A DNA stretch of 57,479 nucleotides, the filler included, from Sphacelaria rigidula (Eukaryota), in assembly GCA_964200075.2 (NCBI GenBank). It is 8 parts of 8 records of this genome, joined end to end, with 100 filler letters (N's around TTAATTAATTAA, not from the genome) between each part and the next. Parts side by side here need not be neighbours in the genome. Positions count along the whole stretch, not along the records: positions 7,199 to 14,296 come from CAXNAA020016496.1; positions 14,397 to 21,494 come from CAXNAA020016497.1; positions 21,595 to 28,691 come from CAXNAA020016498.1; 5 more parts are not named here. One strand, 5' to 3'. The notes beneath the pieces are model-generated. The model made no database searches. It saw only the letters and a program-made list of their open reading frames with translations, and was not told the DNA's origin. Shown piece after piece: positions 10,870 through 22,629 of the stretch (within the stretch, counting starts at the first letter, position 1; each line of letters begins with the position of its first letter). The position numbers and the translations under genes are program-made.

Positions 10870-10966
10870 GCCTGGTCAGGCGAGAACCCGGCGTGCCCTG
10901 TCCGGGCTTCATAGGGATGCGAGGTCAATGTTCCTATGACTATGTCATGCATGATCATGAGTACCC
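10870..10966 (+). repeat. Dispersed repeat, same head with short CATGATCATGAG tail (copies 28492-28582, 35835-35888 minus, 43186-43253)
   Basis: GGGATGCGAGGTCAA...ATGACTA...CATGCATGATCATGAG is shared among four scaffolds. Confidence 0.85.
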
Positions 10967-11078
10967 TTCCCCCCCCTCAAAAGAGAATGTACACCGCCAA
11001 AAACGTGTGCTGTAAATTTACGGCTGAAGAGAGTATGATAGGGTAATAGAGTCTTTGCGCGGTAAATTTGTGATGCAG

Positions 11079-11218
11079 GCAGCTACGACGTAGTCCTCGA
11101 CGCGATGTTTGGCTTCGGCTTCAAGGGAGCACCACGGCCTCCGTTCGACACTATCCTCGCAGATCTCGCGCGAGGCAGCACCCCCGTAGCGTCGGTGGAC
11201 GTGCCTTCCGGTTGGTCG
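11079..11218 (+). CDS. NAXE: NAD(P)H-hydrate epimerase, internal exon
   Basis: SYDVVLDAMFGFGFKGAPRPPFDTIL...PVASVDVPSGWS contains the DAxFG and DxPSG motifs. CAG and GTGAGT boundaries are phase-compatible with the neighbouring exons. Confidence 0.93.
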
Positions 11219-11656
11219 GTGAGTGTCAAAGCCCCGTGTACCGTATGTAGAAATATAACAACATCCGTAGGTGAGCCGGCGTGGCAGTAACACCGGATAG
11301 ACAATACCTGCAGGTGACCTGATTGGTTGATTGGTTGTCGTACATTAACTGCTCCCCGAGTGATCCAGGCTTAGTCATTATCCACAGGAATACACATGGC
11401 AATTCCGATTATGCAAGAGAGTCTCCGACGGTAACCGAATCGTATCATGTGCGTATGACGTCCAGCACTCGTACGCTGAATATCACCCCCTGAACATTAC
11501 TCATGGGTGACCGGTTTTTGGCTGTTCCTGTCACCCTGCCAGTATCCCCAGTACTGTAGCGACTCGTGTTTGCTGCCGCAGGATGGGCTTTTTCTACAGT
11601 CAATAATTTTCTGTTATTGTGCCTTTGCCGTGGCGCCACTCCTTATATGGTACCAG

Positions 11657-11736
11657 GTAGACGAGGGCGATCCGCAGGGAGACGGAATCAAACCTGACAT
11701 GCTCATCTCTCTTACAGCTCCCAAGCTTAGCGCGAG
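11657..11736 (+). CDS. NAXE: NAD(P)H-hydrate epimerase, internal exon
   Basis: VDEGDPQGDGIKPDMLISLTAPKLSA(R) contains the eukaryotic NAXE signature PDMLISLTAPK. Confidence 0.93.
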
Positions 11737-13354
11737 GTACGTACTGCTACAGCATGAGGTCGCCCGGTTGTCGAGGTTTTGTGATCGTGCTTCACTAAGT
11801 TCGCACCAGCGCAAATTTGAACCCTCTCCAAAACTCAAATGTCATCGGTGCTACTGTATCGTAGAAAGACATCTGGTACTTGACATGCTCCGCCCGTGAC
11901 CTACGTGCATTTAAAACGCCGTTGTATTTTCACGTGTACTACTGAAAGCAGTCACTAAAAATGCGTGACGAAGAGGAAACGTGGTCTGGCTCGGGAAGCG
12001 CTCAGTACAACCCAATAGCTTTCCGAGGTATCATCAGTTCTTCATGCATGACACCCTTGTGTGGATCTTGCACTCCCTCATATACGCAGTGCATTCTTTG
12101 TTCCCCTGCACTCTCATGCCTACACCCAGTATACGTGCGGTACAGTAGTACAGTATATGACTGAGTGATGCTACGGTAGAGGTGTACAAACATTTTCCGA
12201 GGTTAGAATTGTTAGGAGACCTTCATCTCATCCAAAACAATACTCATTAAGTACGTGTAAGAGTACGCCAAGATGGCTATCCCAATGTGCTAGGGAAATC
12301 CCGAAGGAACTTGCAAGCGGGGATGCCCTGATCCGTATTCTTGTGCATCTAGAATCGTTAGGAGCCCTCGAACCAGACACGATTTTGCGCAACACGTGCA
12401 CCCCTATTGTAGCATTGCTCGCCTCTGAGCATCGAATCAATTATCGACGCAACGCGTAGCCTTGCTGGAGCACTGTATTGTACACCCATTTTGTTCGATG
12501 GTATTGGTTAATGGGTTCTCTCACATTAAATGGCCCGCCCACGAATCCAGCCGCGGTCGGGAGATATATTTACCACGACAAGGTGAAATCGACGGGAACA
12601 TTCGTCAAACGAACGAAAGTCGAAGAGGAGAGAGAACAAAGCGAAAAGGTGAGTAGAAAAAAATACAATGAAAAAATTAACGTTACAACCTACATCTTCG
12701 CCACACTATCCGATCCGACCGCGCTGGCCCGTACGCCTCAAAATTGAATACATTTTCTCTTTCTTTTTTTTTCCCCTCTTCCCGTCAAAGTCTCAACCCC
12801 ACCCACTTCCCGGGAGGAGTCGAGTGCGTTGTCTCGAAGGAACAAGCCATCTCTCTCTCTCTTTCTCCCCCGGCCCACACGCGCCTTACATTTCTTGCAT
12901 CGAGGATTGGATCATGACGAACATTCTAGCGCCGCGTCGACTCTCTTCGAATGAAAACTTTCTTTTGCTCCTATTAATGCTCACTTCTTCACGTTTTCAA
13001 CAGCGGGAAATATGATGCTTCTTTTCAGCACAAGACACAACAAAACGAAGCGAAGCGAAACGAAACGAAACGAAACGGAACGAAACAAATGCATCTGCCG
13101 ATAATCGAACCCTCCGCATTCAGCCTTGACAAATTTCTTTGAACTTGTGCCGGTCAGACGATCGACGTGCGGTGGTACATCGGCAGCTTATTCAGACAAA
13201 AATAAAGCACCGGACGGCACACTACTGTAGCGTTTGCCGTTCTAAATATGGAATACGCCGAAAAAGATCCAGATACGCCCCGCTGCTGATGGTGGGGGTG
13301 AACTTTGGTGAAAAAATTGACATGCCGCGGTGCAATATGTACGCATTCCTACAG

Positions 13355-13562
13355 GTTCTTCAAGGGCCAGCACCACTTTCTCGGGGGCAGGTTCGTTCCC
13401 CCAGGCATAGCGGACAAGTACTCCCTTCAGCTTCCCGACTACGTAGGGTCGGAGCAATGCGTGCGATTGGAAGGTTGGGGTCAGCAGCAGCAGCAGCAGC
13501 AGCAGCAGGGGCAGCAAACAGACGCCACGCCTGGCGGACAAGCGTCCGGACAAGAACTGTAA
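13355..13562 (+). CDS. NAXE: NAD(P)H-hydrate epimerase, last exon
   Basis: FFKGQHHFLGGRFVPPGIADKYSLQLPDYVGSEQCVRL, then a polyQ tail and TAA. CTACAG acceptor. Confidence 0.93.
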
Positions 13563-14488
13563 AACGTGTCGTTAGCCTACGAATGTGTGTCGGTACACCG
13601 TGTGCTGCGTGTGTGTTTTCGGTCGTCAATCTGCAGGGCGAATATGTATACGCGTGTACTGTAAGTGTGCTTTATGTTTGCTTCTGTGGCATGCAAGAGG
13701 AGATACTTGCGAAGAGGACGTTGCGCAGCTTTAATCAAGATTTGGCGGCGTTGTCAACCGTTTTGGGGAAAGCTAACTGTCCGTGCGCAGGAGATACGCT
13801 TGCCCTTTCCCCCCTCCTCTATTTTTTCTTGTCTACACCTGAGACCCCACCTTCCTTCCGCGGTGCTTTCCTTTTCTTTTTATCGCGAGAGGGGTTCAGC
13901 AGTCCCTTTCCCTCGTCGACCGTCATGTATATTTTGTTTATATGACCTTTGATCGCAACTGTACCGTCTGTGACTTATTTTTCTTTATTTTCATATATAT
14001 TCCAGTATGGGACAATCGGAACAGAAACAAGTGTACTACCTGTGTATTCATGTCATGACCTTCAGAGACCAGTTGCACGCGGTGCGTGTTGGTATGATCA
14101 CCAGAGGTTGCGACGTATCGGAAATCGTACATGCGCTGATGGGGGCAACCATCCTTTATACAATACCTAGAGTTGTAGCCCCTCCCTTGGTGGACTCCTT
14201 TCAACAAGGACTGCACGAGCCTGTGGGCCCCACGGGAAATCCGATCATCACTGTCTACACTCCAACAAATGATACCAACCATGGACATGATACCCCNNNN
14301 NNNNNNNNNNNNNNNNNNNNNNNNNNNNNNNNNNNNNNNNTTAATTAATTAANNNNNNNNNNNNNNNNNNNNNNNNNNNNNNNNNNNNNNNNNNNNACGA
14401 GTCGACTCATGATACTAAAACCAAGTAATTTCCGGACGAATCATTATTTGTCCGACCCTTGAACGCTTTGCAGGTTGGAACACACTCA

Positions 14489-14827
14489 TTTTCATGGAGA
14501 ATGAACTCTCCGTACCCTCATTAGTCTTGTATGCGGTTGTTAAAACTCTACTGTCCTTCATTAATACCTGGCGGGACAGGGAAGCCGTGCGTTCAACATT
14601 TTCCGTGACGCTGCTGTACCCCTATAAATCAAGTGATGGGAGACTCCTGCAGGTTAGAATACACGCATTTTCATGGAGAATGAACTCTCCGTACCCCCAT
14701 TAGTCTTGTTTGCGGTTGTTAAAACTCTACTGTCCTTCATTAATACCTGGCGGGACAGGGAGGCCGTGCGTTCAACATTTGCCGTGACGCTGCTGCACCC
14801 CTATAAATCAAGCAATGGGAGACTCCA
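14489..14827. repeat. ~179-bp tandem direct duplication
   Basis: TTTTCATGGAGAATGAACTCTCCGTACCC...GGGAGACTCC occurs twice in tandem. Confidence 0.9.
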
Positions 14828-16126
14828 ATTATGGAGTTAATGAGTTCAAATCCCGACAGATTCCCTCTTTTTTTTCGTCCGTCGTTAAGGTTATACATTA
14901 TGCAGTACGTTTTTTTCTTCTTTTTTTCTTCATTCAGCGGCGGTGCCGTGTGTTACCAGGTTGGTCTACACTTCAGTGATGTGCTTACATCAGGTTCATC
15001 CGGAAAACAGGGAAACCTGTGATGTGAGGAACATTTGGCCGCTTTTAAGCTGGCCCAGCTCGTAGTCAGAGTGTGGCGTTGGCAGACCTCATGACGGCGC
15101 CGCAGGCGCCGATTTTGACGAAAACGCGTTCTGCGCACGTCAGAGGTAGTTGGGGCTGTCAGCCCCGCTAAACACCCGAATATCGGTGTTCACACTCAAA
15201 CCAAGCAATAAAATTAAAACTTCGGGAGGGTTCAAATCGACCAATTGGTGAACACTACAGTACTGTTTTTTTCCTGTCATCGCTACCAGCCGGTTCATCA
15301 GCATTTTGAACTAAATAAAAAGCGGCCATGCATAACACACAGCACATTGCACGGGAGACAATATTTCTCGCCATATGCGGTTGTGTGTAAAAAAAGGCGG
15401 CACATGAACGTATGGAAGATCGATGACGCAACTTGCGAATATTCAGTGTCCCCCATGATGTACTCTTTTCTTTGCTGAAAAAGAAAAACAGAAAGAATCA
15501 GGTACCGCCAAAAGCCACCACGAGAACATGTATACGTTCTCCGAGCAGCACGCGTTAGCTCCTGCGAACGGGAAAAGGGTAGCCGACACCAACTTCTTAC
15601 TGGGGATTAGCTTCCCACAGGGGGAAAAAAAATGAACGAATGCACGATATCAAGAACGTTTTTCGCTCCACGGAATTCCCAGTATTGAAACACAAATCAC
15701 CAAACCACCAGCTCACTCCGCGTTTCTAGCAGCAGAGAAAACAGCGAAATGACACCGACAGCACCAACACCAACAGCACCAACACCGCCGCCGCCAATAT
15801 GGATGATGACGATCAATCACATCAAAACCGAGATCATCCAAACACCTGAAACGATTAAAAAAAAAAGCCGGTCAACGTAAGCGATGCAGATTAAAAACAC
15901 GACGAATGCGGGACGAAAGAACAAAAAGCTACATTTGCGCACGCCGAACTAACTACGCGGGATAGAGTCCAGGATACCTGTGAAGGAGAGAGGGAAAAAA
16001 CGGAGCCACTACTGTATCTCTCCCGATTTCATCGCTTACACATCGTCACATCCCCCCCCGCGTCAAAACACCCGTCCGCCGCCTGCGAAGGATTCACTCG
16101 ATGTACGTTATATCCCATCTGCAGTG

Positions 16127-16261
16127 TCATTGCTGCTGCCCCTTCCGGTTCTTCTGATGCTGCTTCTTTTTTTGCCTCTTCGGCTTCTTCGCCTTGGTTG
16201 GCTGCTCTGCTTCCCCCATTTCCGCGTCGTCCACGTCTTGCTTGTCCTCCGGCTCCTCCTC
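16127..16261 (-). CDS. Probable terminal exon of an unidentified gene (acidic then Lys-rich tail)
   Basis: After a CAG acceptor: EEEPEDKQDVDDAEMGEAEQPTKAKKPKRQKKKQHQKNRKGQQQ*. Codon style is GAG/AAG-rich. No upstream exons were recognised. Confidence 0.55.
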   Translation of the reverse strand, partial: EEEPEDKQDVDDAEMGEAEQPTKAKKPKRQKKKQHQKNRKGQQQ

Positions 16262-16392
16262 CTGCTTTGGCCCGACCATGTGTGTGGTGCAACGTCAAAA
16301 TTAAAGAATTGAAAAGAAAAAAAAAGAGCGCGGGGGAAAGAGTGAGCGCGCAACAACATGAAAAGAACCCCATCGAGGACAGAATGCACACC

Positions 16393-16616
16393 TCAACCCG
16401 TTTAGAACTCGCAAAAAACAGTGCAAACTTCCATACGAGCTTTCGTCACCGGGGAAACGTCACTTCGAGCTCGGTGCACGGATCTGTCACATTAGTATAC
16501 TTTAACTCAGAGTGATGCTCCGTTTTGGTGGGGCTGCATCATCAACACTTGCAGAAAAATCAACCATCTTGCCCAACAAAACGTCACTTTTCCATCAACG
16601 GTTCCACCAGAGTTAA
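16393..16616. mobile_element. piggyBac-like MITE (related copy 47926-48169)
   Basis: Degenerate TTAA-CCC...GGG-TTAA-type ends, and an internal sequence shared with 47926-48169 (GAACTCGCAA...AAACGTCACTTCGAG...TTTCCATCAACGGTTCCA). Confidence 0.55.
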
Positions 16617-16644
16617 AAGTAATGAAAAACACGCTAGAATATTG

Positions 16645-16960
16645 TGTTGTGTTGTGTTGTCGTCCCATGTATTCTGGACACCGATCTACACCTTTCGGTA
16701 TATATAGGCGCACCAGCCAGGGTCACACAGGAGGAAGGTCACCACAAGAGTTGTTTATTTTTTTCTTTCAGTTATCTACCCCCCTCTGCGGTAGTTGCCT
16801 TTATTTTTCAACGCGAGAGGGGCTTAGCAGTCCCTTTCCCTCGTCGACCATTAGGTCGAATTTTGTGTACCCACGACAAAGTCGCTTTCCACTGTCGGGC
16901 GTTGTGTGACAAAAAAACCCAGATCGCTCCGTGATTTGAACCCACGACCCAACTAGCTAG
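16645..16960 (-). mobile_element. tRNA-derived SINE copy (family of 46435-46780; partial copy ~13845-13925)
   Basis: Shared body GCGAGAGGGG...AGCAGTCCCTT...TCGAC and B-box remnant GAACCCACGACCCA. Confidence 0.7.
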
Positions 16961-17240
16961 AATGCTCTACTGTACAGTAAAATTGAAAACAATTAAACAT
17001 CCAACAAGTAGCGGGAACACGTGTTGAATTTTTCGGTATTCAGCGCTCCCCCGTACGGATTACGGAGCGCACAGTAGGACTCCAGTTTCAATGTAGCAAC
17101 CAAGACATCACGATCCCCTTGTGCGTCAAGGAACACTGATGCTTTCTCAACAGCGTTGTGAAGGTCGGGATACAGTAGTACAAGTTTAACATTCGTATTC
17201 GCTCAATCGTAATTTTTTTTCGCAGACGATTTGTTATTTT

Positions 17241-17707
17241 CAGGCCACTTCTTTCGTCTTAATTTTTTTTTTTAATAGGGCCTCTTTGGCCCTTTTCCGT
17301 CCGTTTTCGCCCGAAAGAGGGCGAGGCGGGTGTTGACACCCTGGATTGTCTTGCTCTACTCGTCGAGACCGTCCCGGGGCACCTTTGTGTTCTCGGTAGG
17401 CCGCGGTTTTACTTTTTGCCAAATTTACATTTTCAATATTAAACGGTCGGGTTAAAAAAAAAACGGCCGTTTCCCCCTGTTTTTTTTCAAGTTGGCCGAT
17501 TGTTAGTTGAAAATACAAGTTGGGCCAAAAACAAAACTTCGACCGACGGAAAACGCAAAGGTGCTCTGGAACGACCTCCACGAGTAGAGCAAGTCATTCC
17601 AAGGTGTCAAAATACGCCTAGCCCTCTTTCCGGGCGAAATTCGACGGAGAAGATAAAAACAAGGCACTTTTCAACAAGAGCATTTTTTTTTCCACATAAG
17701 TGGCCTG
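17241..17707. mobile_element. Foldback MITE with long imperfect TIRs (CAGGCCACTT...AAGTGGCCTG)
   Basis: Arms are complementary, e.g. TTGACACC...CTTGCTCTACTCGT vs ACGAGTAGAGCAAG...GGTGTCAA. A related element lies at 33357-33823. No TSD seen. Confidence 0.75.
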
Positions 17708-19437
17708 ACTCGAGAGTCTGAGAGTCGGTAGAGACGTTGAAAAAGAAGTCGGTTGTGCTCACGATACATTTCCCAGTTTTTGTCCTGTCGATATAATACG
17801 AAGTACAAGGTCCCCCTTCCTTTGGGAGGTTTCTAGGGGCCTCCCGGGGGTGACGCAAGTCGAAAATACACCGTCAAGAGAAGCTGCTGTTGTATCTCAA
17901 TGTACAGCAGTAGTCGCGGCTGTACAAAACATCGCACGTGTTATCGGATGTCGTTCGGAAATATGTGAATTCGGACGGAGGCCGACAGCGGAACCGCCGG
18001 CGTAGGACATGTGTAGTATACCCGAGGTGCCAGAGTGCGAACTAGCTCTCGTGCCACAAAGACATGACAACAGGAGGCTTTTCCCGAAAAATTGGAATGC
18101 GTGGAACATTTTTGGCATGTCCTTTGTCCATCACTGTGGCTTCCACATCATCGGGCCTTTTTTTAAATCAGGGTGATTGTTCACTACGGCGAAACATTGA
18201 AACATTCCTGTGCAGCGTGTTGCTGTGCCTTGTTCAACTCGCCAACGGCCCATTGCACGGTCTTGTGTTTGCTCCTGACTAAGGCCGAGGCAACATTCAA
18301 TTGTTTTCAACTGCTTTGCTCTAATGTTATCCTAACATCGGCGGCATAACCAGTGTGCTCGTGTTACCAAATGAACGAGAACGCGACGAAGAGAAACACG
18401 GGGGAAAAATACCCCGCCAAAAGTAATCTTGTTTCAAGTTTTGCATGATCTTCAACAGGCCTTTGTGGTTCGTGTTCCTGTGTCCAGTTTTCCATGATCT
18501 TGAGGCTTTCGTGGTTCGAGATCGACACCCCGCGAAAAAGGGCCAGTTTGAGCGACTTCCGGTGGCCAGAACAGGCGCCACAGGTATCAGATGACGCCCA
18601 AACCTGAACGGTAATGTACCGCTGAGCCTTCTCGGTGCGCTGCAAAAGAAGGCCTAGGAAAAAATGCCTTACCGCCAGAGAGAACTCGACAAAAGTGGTG
18701 AAAAATGTGAAATGATACATGTAGATAAAATCCCGTTTATCGAGGGGTGTTATTGACAGCATATATGAGTTGAACATAGGTTTTTCCGGTTTAGCGCGAT
18801 GAATGTCGAGAAAATCAAAGCTGAACCGTGGAACTGTTCGCTCTAACGATCTGGATCCGTTCGATCGAAATAAAATATCAAGGAGCGAGAGCCAAGGCCT
18901 GTGACATCGTAGGACCCTCGATGACCGGCGCGCCCCGTGCTCATTCAAAAATGATTGTCAAACACATTTTCCGCCGAACCTTGTGTCGGGTACTCATGTC
19001 TTTTGACTCTCGAAGTTTGGGATAAAACAGAGAACTCGATAAGTCGTGGTTTCCCAAACTCCTGACGAAAAAAAAAGGGCAACATACAAAAAAAGGGTAC
19101 ACCCTGGTACTTCTGAAACGAAAAAGGGTGACGCATTTTTCGCTTTGGGGCGCGGCGCTGCACGCGAGCTAAACACCTCGAAAACACGTTCCAGCACCTC
19201 AGCCCCACGCCCAAGGTGTCTGGGCAGCATACCCGTCCATGTTGAAACATTTTCACAAGTGTTACTGGGCTGAACTACGGCGCTGAAAATGATAGCCTGT
19301 AAGAATATCTTTTTTTTTGTAAACAAACCAGGAGGGTACACCCTGCCCCCTGCTGAAAATTCATCTCCCTGCTGAAAATTCATGTTTTACCCTTTTTTGT
19401 TCTACTGTTGACGCTTCTTTATGAAGTGGTGACCGTA

Positions 19438-20809
19438 CCGTCATCTCAGCACAAGATACGCCGAGCAGTCACAACCACAGCCATTTTCGGTAAAATTACA
19501 CCCCATCAAGAAAGGCCGAAACTGAATGCCCCAGAACGGTGTAGCACGCCTGTTGGTTGGCCCGAAGACCCAGAATATCCAACGAACACGGGTCGCTTGT
19601 GTGCCGGAGCTTGCAAAGATCCAGCGAACATGGGTGAACATCTTGCCGACACACCAGCCCGAACGGCATCATGCGGCGACAACATCAGACGGTTGCCAGA
19701 TCTGCAATTTGCGGCTCGGACACAGAGATGGACACCGACCGGATTCCGGATCGGAGGAAGCACGCCTGAATCCAACGGCATAGACTGTACAATCGGATGT
19801 CTTTCTCTGATCGTTGCCGTTGCACCCACGAGACCACCACCACTCGGGATACTCAAAGCTGTGAGACCGACGCACCACAACCCAAGCAATAGGTACATGA
19901 AGCTTTCAGATTATCGTGATGAGCAGCAAAGGTCAACACGCTACACCGCCGCGGAACAATGACGATGCTCCCCACAAATGGTGCTGTACTGCAAGGCGGC
20001 GCCGATCATTCACCAAACAGCAAATTGTTCACCTCGGCCCACCCCCACAGAAAAGGAGATTCACGGGCTCCGAGTGATGAGACATTATGGAAGGGTCATA
20101 GACGTGGGGACAGAATGAAGTCGGGTGGGGGGAAAAAGTGATCGCACGCTGTGTCGCGTCGTGTACACAGTCAAACGTCGACTATACCATCGTTCATGAA
20201 TTTTGTATTTTCGAACCCGCTTCATGTTGTACGAATTGTAGATGTGGTTATGCAGGACCAAGTCTAGTGAAAATACCGTAGGCACAAGTTTGACTCTTAC
20301 AACACAGACGCCCCTCACATGGGGTCAGATTAACGATGCCACATCTGGGTTCCAGAACAGCCGTTTCATCACAGCACAAAACGCCTTTTTTCAAGAGCAT
20401 GTGGATATATTGGGCGGTGCGCCGGTCTCGCAGCTTTGAGTATTCCAAGTGGTGGTCTCGTGGGTGCAACGGCAACGATCAGAGAAAGACACCCGATTGT
20501 ACAGTCTACGCCGTTGGATTCAGGCGTTCTTCCTCCGATCCGGAATCCGGTCGGTGTTCATTTCTGTGCCCGAGCCGCAAATGGCAGATTCGGCAACCGT
20601 CTGATGTTGTCGCCGCATGATGCCGTTCGGGCTGGTGTGTCGCAAGATGTTCACCCACGTTCGTTGGATTTTCCGGGTCTTCGGGCCAACCAACAGGGGT
20701 GCTACACTCTCCTGGTCGTGGAGTTTCGGCTTTTTTTTCGGTGGGATGTAATTTTACCGAAAATGACTATGGTTTTGACTGTTCGGGGAATCTTGTGCTG
20801 AGATGGCGG
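19438..20809. mobile_element. Non-autonomous Tc1/mariner-pogo-type element with ~400-440-bp TIRs and TA TSD
   Basis: TA|CCGTCATCTCAGCACAAGAT ... ATCTTGTGCTGAGATGGCGG|TA. Arms at 19438-19877 and 20415-20809. Confidence 0.8.
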
Positions 20810-21594
20810 TACCACGTCATCTACAACGTAGTACATCGAAACAGTTGAGCATTGCTTTCTCAAATCGCTTCCACGACCTTTTTTCTTTCTTTATTCATCA
20901 ATGCTCACGGTCTTCTCACCCAGATCCATGCTGCAAGGACCGGCCGCTTCTAGTTTTTTTCCTCTCCAGTCATAACTTTTGTTGTATTCACTGGGATCAG
21001 TCTTCCTCCCTTCCTCTCCTAGGTTTTGGCGGGGCTCCATCTCGAAAGGAACGGGTGGTCAATGATCAAACAACTAAGGCAAGCAACAAGTGAGTACCCC
21101 CTCTCCTGGGACAGACTATGCCATGCATGATCATGAGTTCATCCCTCCTGGGCCAGGTTTAGGGTTAGTTTCCCTGCTAGTGTTTTCTCGATTCTGTTTC
21201 ACCTGGTACATATGTCTAGTGGATAATAGTGACGACTGGATCCCGCGGGGATCAGCTAATGAGCGACAGTCAACAAACCAATCAGTCATGCCCACCCCCC
21301 TCTCCCTGTTAGCCTGGTTCGGCGAGAGCCCGGCGTGCTCCGTCCCGGCTTTGTAGGGGCGGACCCCCGGTGGGGTTGGCGTCGGTTGGCGATGACGCTG
21401 TAAAACACGCCACTCACTGCGTAAGCTGGGCAACCAGATTACCGGGGGTTTTTTGCGCGCTTGCGTTTTTTTTCCGGTAACCATGATGGTAGTCNNNNNN
21501 NNNNNNNNNNNNNNNNNNNNNNNNNNNNNNNNNNNNNNTTAATTAATTAANNNNNNNNNNNNNNNNNNNNNNNNNNNNNNNNNNNNNNNNNNNN

Positions 21595-22275
21595 GGTGGG
21601 GTAGGTGTTAAAATCTCGAAATACCCTGGTATCGTAGGTATCGTAGGTATGGCATTAGAAAATACCGGTTTGGGCAGGTCGGTCGAGTGATATGGAAAGT
21701 TATATGATCGGCATTTTGGCACATTGTTGTGTATTTTGTATGCCTTCTGCGACCCCCTTTTTTTTCCCCCTTATTTTCGTTCTTTTTCTGCTTGTTTGCT
21801 TACGCGTGGAATATCAGTAAGTATGATGCTCATCTTCGACATGAAACAATGTAAACCTTCAAACAAGTTATTTACCACCTATACCCGCACATCAAGAACA
21901 TCAGACATGGGGAAAATTATTTGAATGCATTATAACACGAAATTCAGGGGGAATCTCGGTGTCGACCACCAGTGAAAACAAGACGTGCCCGCTCCGACAG
22001 CTTCTGGCCTCAGCGTGAGTTGGCACCAGCTGTTGCATTGTGGGAAGTGCTTAGCGTTCGGTAATTACCGGGGTATCCCATACCGTGGTACGCGTAGGTA
22101 TCGTAGGTGTGAGATTTCAAAATACCGGATTGGGCGGGTAGGGTAGGTATTGAAATATCGAAATACCGTGGTATCGCAGGTATGCCATTTCAAAATACCG
22201 GATTGGGTCGGTATCGGTAGGGTATGAGATGTCCCAAATACCGGCACCGGGTACCTACCTTACCTATGGTGCCTG
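21595..22275. mobile_element. End of a non-autonomous DNA transposon with GGTAT/ATACCG subterminal repeat arrays (hAT-like)
   Basis: Dense AAATACCG/GGTATCG motifs at 21595-21690 and 22065-22270, ending in GGTGCCTG. Confidence 0.45.
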
Positions 22276-22499
22276 TGAAATCAACGTGTGTATGACGCCG
22301 GGGAAGCGCACGCGCGACAGCACAAAGAATACCTCTTGGTCACATTCACCAATCAGTCCAGCTCCTCGCATCATGGCATCATGTGTCAACATATGACAAA
22401 ACGAGTTGGGAATGAGGCGCGCAGCTACTCATGAGACTGCATGCCTCGGCAACCCGCCACGCACCCTCCACATAAAAATGAATTAGAAAAAGTACTCAC

Positions 22500-22629
22500 A
22501 CATCTGGTCGACGGCGCCTGTCAGGGTAAGGTCCCTGTACTCGCGGTACATATTGTGCGTGCCGGAGCGAGAGTCGTATCGGAGCCAGATACCGTAGTTC
22601 TTGATAATCCGGCTGTTCTTCTCCGTCAG
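22500..22629 (-). CDS. RPL18A: 60S ribosomal protein L18a (eL20), second coding exon; later exons off scaffold
   Basis: [46 protein letters not shown] acceptor, GTGAGT donor. Confidence 0.96.

Noticed and set aside
18364-18948. VQVWASSDTCGACSGHRKSLKL resembles the TnpB/Fanzor zinc-finger entry (SSKTCxxCG)
   Set aside because: No second CxxC, no RuvC-III DxNAA or other RuvC motif was found in the frames I checked. The downstream DNA is a short internal duplication typical of non-coding repeat. An HMM search would settle it.
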